From a bacterium (GTDB lineage Bacteria; UBA8248), in NCBI GenBank assembly GCA_963692865.2, contig OY843592.1:3136001-3200000 (forward strand): 64,000 nt of DNA. Direction: 5' to 3'. Under the pieces are notes generated by a model, which was given only the letters and a program-made list of their open reading frames with translations, ran no database searches and was not told where the DNA came from. Shown piece by piece: positions 57,660 through 64,000 of this stretch. A program made the translations under genes and the position numbers. The first letter of the stretch is position 1; every line of letters starts with the position of its first letter.

Positions 57660-60401
57660 TCAAGAGTTGCTCGATACGACCACCAGGCATTCTTTACTCG
57701 GCTTCATGAAATGGCGCGCAGCTTCTCTGACGGATTGCATATCCACCCGCTCAATCTGCCGCTTTGTTTCTTCAAGCGTTTCCCATCCCAATCCATGGAC
57801 GAATCTACCCGCCAGGTCGGCAGTTCGCGCAAAGGCCCGCTGATGGCTACGAGATAACCCGCCGACAAGATAAGCCTTCGCCCGTTGGAATTCCTCCTCA
57901 CGCAGACCCTTCGCGCTCACGCGGGCAATTTCTTGCCGTATGAGGTCAATAGCGAGCTTTTCCTTGCCCGCAGGCGTGGCGGCATAAATCGAAATGGGGC
58001 CTGGGTCCAGAGACTCGTGAGAGGAAACGCTCACATCGTAAGCGAGGCCGCGCTTTTCCCTCAGTTCGAGGAAGAATCCTCCACCCTGACTCCCCAAGGC
58101 CGCAGTTATAATTGCCAGCGCATACCGCGCCGGCTCATGAAAAGTCGTTCCCAAAAACGACATTTGGATGTGGCTTTGCGACGCTCCATCGAGCACGTAT
58201 GAACGAAAACGCTTTCTTCCGGGAGCTCTTGGCAAGGCGGGCTGAAGGACGGTCGTTTCTCGAGGAGCGCTTTGGACCCAGGGCCTCAGCATTTTCGGGA
58301 GATGTTCTTCCAGATACGAGACGTCGAAATTGCCGGCCGCCGCGATGACAAGATTCTCAGGCGTCGCCCTCTTGCGCCATTCCCGCTTCAAGACATTTCG
58401 GTTGAAAGCGGCCATCGTCCCGGCTGTCCCGAGTGGATGACGACCCAGCGGGTGTTTGCCATACAAGAGCTGATAACCCTTGAACCGGCACCATTGCCCC
58501 AAGTCGTCGAGTTCGCTGTCGCGCTCCGCATTAAGCTCCGCACGAGCAAACCCAACATCATCCTTGTCAAAAGCGGGCGCAGACACGACTTCCACGAATT
58601 TCTCCAAAACTTTGGGCAAAACCGCGCTGAGGCCGAACGCGGTCAGACCAAAAGTATTTCTTCCAGAAAATCCATCAATGCCGGCACCCAAACCCTCCAC
58701 CTCCTTGGTATGGATGAGGGATGGACAATTCTCGGTCGCCATGGGAGCCACGGACATCATCAGAGCGTGCAGCCCGGCCTGACGGGCGGATTCGTTTCTT
58801 TGTCCTCCCGGGAAAACGGCCCGTAAAGAGAAAAGCAACGGGCCGCCGTCGGGCAGCATGACCAATCGTCCGCCACCCGGAAGTTTTATCTCTATAGGTG
58901 TGTTCTTGACTCTGGAGCGCCTTTTATTTTCCAGATGCCTTCTTTTTCGTGAAACAAAGCGGGTGCGATTGGATACGTCCGCTTTTTTCACTTCTCCCCG
59001 GTTTCGATTCGTGGCGTTTCGTTTTTGCTCAAGATTGTTTTCGAATCCGTTCCATATCGCCTTGCGAATTCTTCGCACATCGATTCGCGGCGCTTCTCCC
59101 TTGGGGGAAAATACGCCAGCGGTCATTCGTGAAGGCACCAAATATCGCCTCGCCACATGCGAGACATCATCCGCGTCTACCTCCATCACCATTTTCGTAT
59201 ACTTCAGATGATAATTCGGGTCTCCGGTAATCAACTCGGAATAGCCCGCCACACGAGCACGGCCCGTCATGCTTTCGCGCCGAAACTCCAAACCGGTCAG
59301 ATAATTCACGCGCACTTTTTCCAACTCACTCGGGGTAAGCGGCCTGTCTTCAATAATTTGTTTAGCCACTTGGAGGATTTGCTCAGCGGCTTTTTCGACA
59401 TTTTCCGGTGCCGTATACCCGCCCAAGAAAAACAGCCCTGGCCCGCCACAGAGATAGACATCAGCGGAAACGTCAAACATCAGCGACTCGTTCATGCAAA
59501 GATGCTCATACAGGCGGGAGCTTTCGCCCGCTCCGAGAACGATGCCGAGCACTTCAAGCGCGGGAGCGTCTATGTGTATTAAAGGAGGAATTTCAAAAGC
59601 GATTTCCAAGTGCGCCGTTCCTGAGCGGCCACGCCGAACGACGATGCGCGGTCCTGCGTTCGAAGGAGTTGCTCGGGGGACTTTCGGCATCTTTCTGCGT
59701 CCGGGATTCGGCCATTTTGTGAACAAATCTTTTCGTCTTTTTCTCAAAATGGATTTGACCTGCAAAACGTCAAAGGCTCCGGCAAACACCAGGATGGCCG
59801 ATGAAGGTGCATAGAATTTCGCGTGATAACTTTTTAATTCTCCCGCACCGATATTCTTGAGGGTCCGCCGCGTTCCCAGAATGGCGCGCCCAAAAGGATG
59901 CCGGGGGCCGTATGCTTCGCGATAAAGGTGATATTGAAGCACTTGGTCGGGTTGCTCATAGGTGCGATTGAATTCCGAGAGAATGACCTGGCGTTCCTGG
60001 CGAACCTCGTTCTCGTCGAATCGCGGCCGCCAAAGCGCATCGAGAAGCGCGTCCAGACACCTTTCGAATTTATCCGGCATTGACACCAGATCGTAATGAG
60101 TGGATTCGTTCGTCGTGTAGGCGTTGATGTCGCCGCCGGAAGATTCGGCCAGCGAAGCGAGTTCCCCCACCTCCAGATTTTTCGAACCCTTGAATATCAT
60201 ATGCTCCAGGAAATGGGAGATGCCCGCGAGCGGGTCCGTTTCTGTCAGGCTACCGACGCGAAACCATGCTTGCACGCTTACGGCAGGAGCCGTGGAATCT
60301 GGCAGAAAAAGACAGGTGGGACCACTCTTCATTCGGTAAATGAGAGGTTTTATATCTTCGGAGAACGCTTCGCTCGCGTCGCTTGGAAATTTCTTAATCA
60401 T
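57660..60401 (-). CDS. M16 family zinc peptidase (fused two-subunit form)
   Basis: HFLEH..FKG, INAYT, LREKRGLAY. Confidence 0.9.
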   Translation of the reverse strand: MIKKFPSDASEAFSEDIKPLIYRMKSGPTCLFLPDSTAPAVSVQAWFRVGSLTETDPLAGISHFLEHMIFKGSKNLEVGELASLAESSGGDINAYTTNESTHYDLVSMPDKFERCLDALLDALWRPRFDENEVRQERQVILSEFNRTYEQPDQVLQYHLYREAYGPRHPFGRAILGTRRTLKNIGAGELKSYHAKFYAPSSAILVFAGAFDVLQVKSILRKRRKDLFTKWPNPGRRKMPKVPRATPSNAGPRIVVRRGRSGTAHLEIAFEIPPLIHIDAPALEVLGIVLGAGESSRLYEHLCMNESLMFDVSADVYLCGGPGLFFLGGYTAPENVEKAAEQILQVAKQIIEDRPLTPSELEKVRVNYLTGLEFRRESMTGRARVAGYSELITGDPNYHLKYTKMVMEVDADDVSHVARRYLVPSRMTAGVFSPKGEAPRIDVRRIRKAIWNGFENNLEQKRNATNRNRGEVKKADVSNRTRFVSRKRRHLENKRRSRVKNTPIEIKLPGGGRLVMLPDGGPLLFSLRAVFPGGQRNESARQAGLHALMMSVAPMATENCPSLIHTKEVEGLGAGIDGFSGRNTFGLTAFGLSAVLPKVLEKFVEVVSAPAFDKDDVGFARAELNAERDSELDDLGQWCRFKGYQLLYGKHPLGRHPLGTAGTMAAFNRNVLKREWRKRATPENLVIAAAGNFDVSYLEEHLPKMLRPWVQSAPRETTVLQPALPRAPGRKRFRSYVLDGASQSHIQMSFLGTTFHEPARYALAIITAALGSQGGGFFLELREKRGLAYDVSVSSHESLDPGPISIYAATPAGKEKLAIDLIRQEIARVSAKGLREEEFQRAKAYLVGGLSRSHQRAFARTADLAGRFVHGLGWETLEETKRQIERVDMQSVREAARHFMKPSKECLVVVSSNS

Positions 60402-60600
60402 TATCGAAACAGGCTCACCTCAGGTCATGGCGACCTATCCGCCTGCCCTGAATTCGAAAGCAGCGAATCCCTTGACTTCTAGTGAGCGGAGCGTATCATC
60501 CCCTTCTGGCAAAGTCATGCGGAGATGACGCCGATAGACTGTGAGACCTCGCCCGGGAAAATCCATAAGAGATTACCCATAATCCAAAAAGAGGATAATT

Positions 60601-60942
60601 GTGGAACACATCAAAAGACACGTTTTCGTCTGCATCAACCAACGTCCGCCGACTCATCCGATGGGCTGTTGCCAGAGCAAGGGCAGCATCGAAGTCGCGC
60701 AAGCGATTACGGAGGCAATCGGCTCGAACGACGAACTCGCTGCGGATACGGCCATGGCGGGCGCCACTTGCCTGGGTCCGTGCACGATGGGACCCACCTT
60801 GGTCGTTTACCCCGAGGGCGTCTGGTACACGGGCGTAAAGGTGGAGGATGTTCCCGAACTCATAGAGGAACACCTGAAAAACGGCCGCCCCGTCGAGCGG
60901 CTGCGCCTGAGGCTGCCCGGAAATGTCGGAAGCGACGACTAG
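60601..60942 (+). CDS. Thioredoxin-like (2Fe-2S) ferredoxin
   Basis: HVFVC, CLGPC..GP..VVYPEGVWY, EHLKNG. Confidence 0.9.
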   Translation: MEHIKRHVFVCINQRPPTHPMGCCQSKGSIEVAQAITEAIGSNDELAADTAMAGATCLGPCTMGPTLVVYPEGVWYTGVKVEDVPELIEEHLKNGRPVERLRLRLPGNVGSDD

Positions 60943-60963
60943 TATGAATATGGAGGCCATACG

Positions 60964-61236
60964 ATGAGCCGTGGACTGGTGATGCACTCGAAAGACAACG
61001 TGGCCACGGTGCTTGAGGACGTCTCCCCCGAGCAAAACGTGGAAATAGAAGGCGGCGAGAAATCACTTACGATTTCGGCGACGGAAGCGATTCCTTTCGG
61101 GCATAAAATCGCGCTGCGAAAGATCCGCTCAAACGCAAAAGTGCTCAAATACGGCGAAATCATCGGCACCGCCACACAAGAGATATCCTCAGGCAGTCAC
61201 GTTCACGTCCACAACATCAAAAGCACCAGAGGCTAG
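60964..61236 (+). CDS. UxaA/SuyA-like SAF domain subunit
   Basis: DNVAT, IPFGHKIAL, KYGEIIG, HVHVHN. Confidence 0.88.
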   Translation: MSRGLVMHSKDNVATVLEDVSPEQNVEIEGGEKSLTISATEAIPFGHKIALRKIRSNAKVLKYGEIIGTATQEISSGSHVHVHNIKSTRG

Positions 61237-61238
61237 CC

Positions 61239-62417
61239 ATGGCCCGGAAAAAAGCGACCTCCACTTTTTGGGGACACAGAAGGCCAGAGGGTCCTCCGGG
61301 CGGACGGAATCATCTCGCCATCGTCAGCGGCATGGACAATTCCAACCCTATAGTCCGCAGAATCGGCTCCCTGGTGCGAGACGCCACTCCCGTCAACACT
61401 TCGTTCGGTCGCGCACTGATGGGCGAGGACGAGGCGCAACATTGGCGGGTGATGGGCCATACCGCCGCCCACCCGAACGTAGGAGCCGCGATAATCGTGA
61501 GCCTAGAACCCAAAAGCGCCAACGCCATCGCGGAAGTAGCCGCCAGAACATCTCCCTGGATGCCCATTGAAGCCGTGAACATACAGGAGATTGGAGGCAC
61601 GCTCAGCACCACTTCGCACGTGGTGGAAATTGCAACGAAACTTTCCGCCCATCTCGCATCCGCCAAACGCGTCCGCTGTGAAATGGGCGAACTCACCATC
61701 GGGGCCGAATGCGGAGGATCGGATACGACCAGCGGCGTCATCTCGAACCCCGTGACGGGCATGGTCGCCGACAAGGTCGTGGAAGCGGGAGGTTCTGTCA
61801 TCTTTTCCGAAACGCTCGAAATCGTCGGAGCCGAGCATCTTCTCGCCCGTCGTGCCTCGGACAGGAAAACGGCGCGGAGAATCATCGATTCCGCAAGGCG
61901 CGCCGTCCATTACGCCGAAAGCATCGGCGTCGACTTCATCGGCTCGAACCCGGCGCCGGACAATATCCGGGGAGGACTCTCGTCCATAGAGGAGAAAAGC
62001 CTGGGGGCCATCAAAAAAGCGGGGAGCCACCCCATCGTCGAGGTCGTCGGCGTGGGAGAACGCCCCTCGAAGAAGGGCGCCATCTTCGCCGACGCTCCCT
62101 GCGCGGGCGTGGAGAACATCTCCTCGCTCGCGGCCAGTGGAGCGCAGGCGATTATATTCTCGACCGGAATCGGCAATCCCATCGGCCATCCCATCTCTCC
62201 CACAATCAAGGTGACCGGAAACCCCCGAACCGCGCGGACGATGGCTGAGAACATCGACGTGGACATCAGCGGCGTCATGGAAGGGACGATGCGCATCGAC
62301 GAGGCGAGGGATTTGCTCGAAAAAGAACTCCTCGCCGTTATGAGCGGAAAACTCACGACTTCGGAACTTCTGGGAGAAACCGAACTCACGGTAAGCCGGG
62401 CCGCGCTAAGCCTCTGA
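61239..62417 (+). CDS. UxaA/GarD/SuyB-like dehydratase or lyase large subunit
   Basis: ECGGSD, SNP, EEKSLG, FSTG.G, PTIKVTGN. Confidence 0.88.
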   Translation: MARKKATSTFWGHRRPEGPPGGRNHLAIVSGMDNSNPIVRRIGSLVRDATPVNTSFGRALMGEDEAQHWRVMGHTAAHPNVGAAIIVSLEPKSANAIAEVAARTSPWMPIEAVNIQEIGGTLSTTSHVVEIATKLSAHLASAKRVRCEMGELTIGAECGGSDTTSGVISNPVTGMVADKVVEAGGSVIFSETLEIVGAEHLLARRASDRKTARRIIDSARRAVHYAESIGVDFIGSNPAPDNIRGGLSSIEEKSLGAIKKAGSHPIVEVVGVGERPSKKGAIFADAPCAGVENISSLAASGAQAIIFSTGIGNPIGHPISPTIKVTGNPRTARTMAENIDVDISGVMEGTMRIDEARDLLEKELLAVMSGKLTTSELLGETELTVSRAALSL

Positions 62418-62438
62418 AACTACTTCATTTCCTTTCAC

Positions 62439-62951
62439 TCAAAATCCCATTCCAACGATCAGGCGATTCCAGGCGTTGATGAGCGCGATGGCGCCTAAGA
62501 GTTCCACTATCTGTGCTTCAGAATAGTGCGCTTTCAGCGCTTCGAAAGTCTCATCCGAAACACTCACCCCCTGCGTGCTCTCCTCACACAGGCGAAGCGC
62601 CGCTTTTTCCTTTTCATCGAAGACGTCGCTGGATGAGCCCTCCTGCGCGGCTTTCGTCTTCTCATCCCCCACCTTGTGCATGCGCGCCATGTTGGAATGC
62701 ATGTTGGCGCAAAAATGACACCCGTTGAGCACCGATGCGCGAATGTTCAGGATTTCCTTGAAGCCGACGTCGATTTCCCCCGGGCCGTCCGCCACCGTTG
62801 TCAGGCTCAGCAAAGAGCGCAAAAAATCCGGTTTGTGGGCCAGCGCCTTCACGGGCGGAATCACGACGCCGAACTGTTTTTGCAGATTCTCCATGATGCG
62901 TTTTGCAGATGCTTCCGCCTGCTCGGGTTCTAACAAGGAAATCCGTGGCAT
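62439..62951 (-). CDS. Carboxymuconolactone decarboxylase/AhpD family protein
   Basis: SVLNGCHFCANMH, INAWNRL. Confidence 0.88.
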   Translation of the reverse strand: MPRISLLEPEQAEASAKRIMENLQKQFGVVIPPVKALAHKPDFLRSLLSLTTVADGPGEIDVGFKEILNIRASVLNGCHFCANMHSNMARMHKVGDEKTKAAQEGSSSDVFDEKEKAALRLCEESTQGVSVSDETFEALKAHYSEAQIVELLGAIALINAWNRLIVGMGF

Positions 62952-63204
62952 TTCATGCTCCTTCGATAGATTCGAGTGGGTATATACACATTAACAAGAG
63001 ACAATTTCTGCTGAGTGATATTTACGCCACCCCAAGGCTGTCGGTCAATGAATACGCCCAAACTACTCTTTTCCCCGGAAGAACTTGTATGAGCGCAAGC
63101 GCAAAACATCTACTTTTGCTAAGATATGCACCATGATTTCTGATTCCCGCTACATGCGCCGATTCTCGCTACATGCGCCCCAACCGAATGGATGGTAACT
63201 GCCC

Positions 63205-64000
63205 ATGAGCAAACAAATTTCCTTACGAGAAGCCGCTTCTCTCATTGAAAAAGGAGACGCGATTAGTCCCGGCGGTACTCTTTTGCACAGAACGCCCGCC
63301 GCCCTGATACGTGAAATTGCGCGCGCGGGCCTTCGGGACCTCACGCTCATCAAGCCGTCTCCCGGTTACGACGCCGACCTCCTTTGCGCCGCAGGGGCCG
63401 TTAAGAGAATCATCAGCGGAATCGTTACGTTCGAGGCGGAATTCGGACTGGCGCCTCACTATCGAAAGGCGATTGAGAAAGGATTGGCCGGCCTCACCGA
63501 GCACGCCTGAGCCAGCGTTCTGGCCGGGCTGCGGGCCGCAGCCTACGGTGTTCCCTTCCAGCCTATTCGTGGATTTGGCGGGAGCGACATTCCTGAGCAA
63601 AGCGGTATTTTCACTTTCGAGGACCCCTACACGAAAGAAGAACTCCATGCGATTCCCGCCCTCAAGCCGGACTGGGCGTTGATCCACGTCCAGAAATCAG
63701 ACACGCAGGGAAACGCCCAAATACTCGGCAACCAGCAATTCGACGTTGAAATGACGCGCGCGGCGCAAAAAGGAGTCATACTCACAACCGAGAAAATCGT
63801 TGACCCAGAACAAATCGCCGTAGAGCCGGAGAGAACCACCATTCCGGGCTTTCTGGTCAAGGCGGTCGTGGAAACGCCGGGCGGGGCGTCTCCTTGCAGT
63901 TGCCATCCATACTATGGGGTCGACAAAACAGAAATGAGGCGCTACATGACCTTGACCCAGAGTCAAGACGGACTTCGGGAATATCTGGCAAGCACCGATA
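63205..64000 (+). CDS. Family I CoA-transferase subunit A (GctA-like) with in-frame UGA at 63508-63510 (probable Sec); 3'-truncated by window
   Basis: The frame continues past UGA with no stop to the window end: ASVLAGLRAAAYGVPFQP...DPY...PALKPDWALIHVQKSD..GN...IPGFLVKAVV..PGGASP. Confidence 0.82.
63524..63548 (+). promoter_or_regulatory. Candidate bacterial SECIS
   Basis: CCG-GGCUGCG-GGC-CGCAGCC-UA-CGG stem-loop starting 13 nt after the UGA. Confidence 0.55.

Overview
This is a GC-rich bacterial chromosomal window with about 55 CDS. Housekeeping genes include 2-oxoacid dehydrogenase E1-beta/E2, pepA, mqnD, glcDEF, leuS, mgtE, hflX and an M16 peptidase. Many catabolic enzymes are also present: an AtzD/barbiturase-family ring-opening amidohydrolase, a TRZ/ATZ amidohydrolase, prpB with two MmgE/PrpD genes, a split UxaA, VOC and cupin proteins, and MFS pairs. 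Main signals the ORF track misses: (1) Two genes are split by an in-frame UGA followed by a SECIS-like hairpin. One is a deiodinase/peroxiredoxin-like protein (FGAIT-U-PPF). The other is a family I CoA-transferase A subunit (EHA-U-ASVLAGLRAAA), a candidate undescribed selenoprotein. (2) A transposase-less element at 822-3303 has 24-bp terminal inverted repeats and a CTCAT duplication and carries a type II restriction-modification pair between E1-beta and E2. A related cargo-free modular MITE lies at 21781-22365. (3) A diverged duplicate of the pepA 3' end brackets a methyltransferase. (4) A 31-aa basic small ORF has its own near-consensus promoter, RBS and terminator. (5) A surface lipoprotein appears to have a glycoside-hydrolase TIM barrel inserted into it. 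All family calls come from motif recognition by eye; no database search was run.
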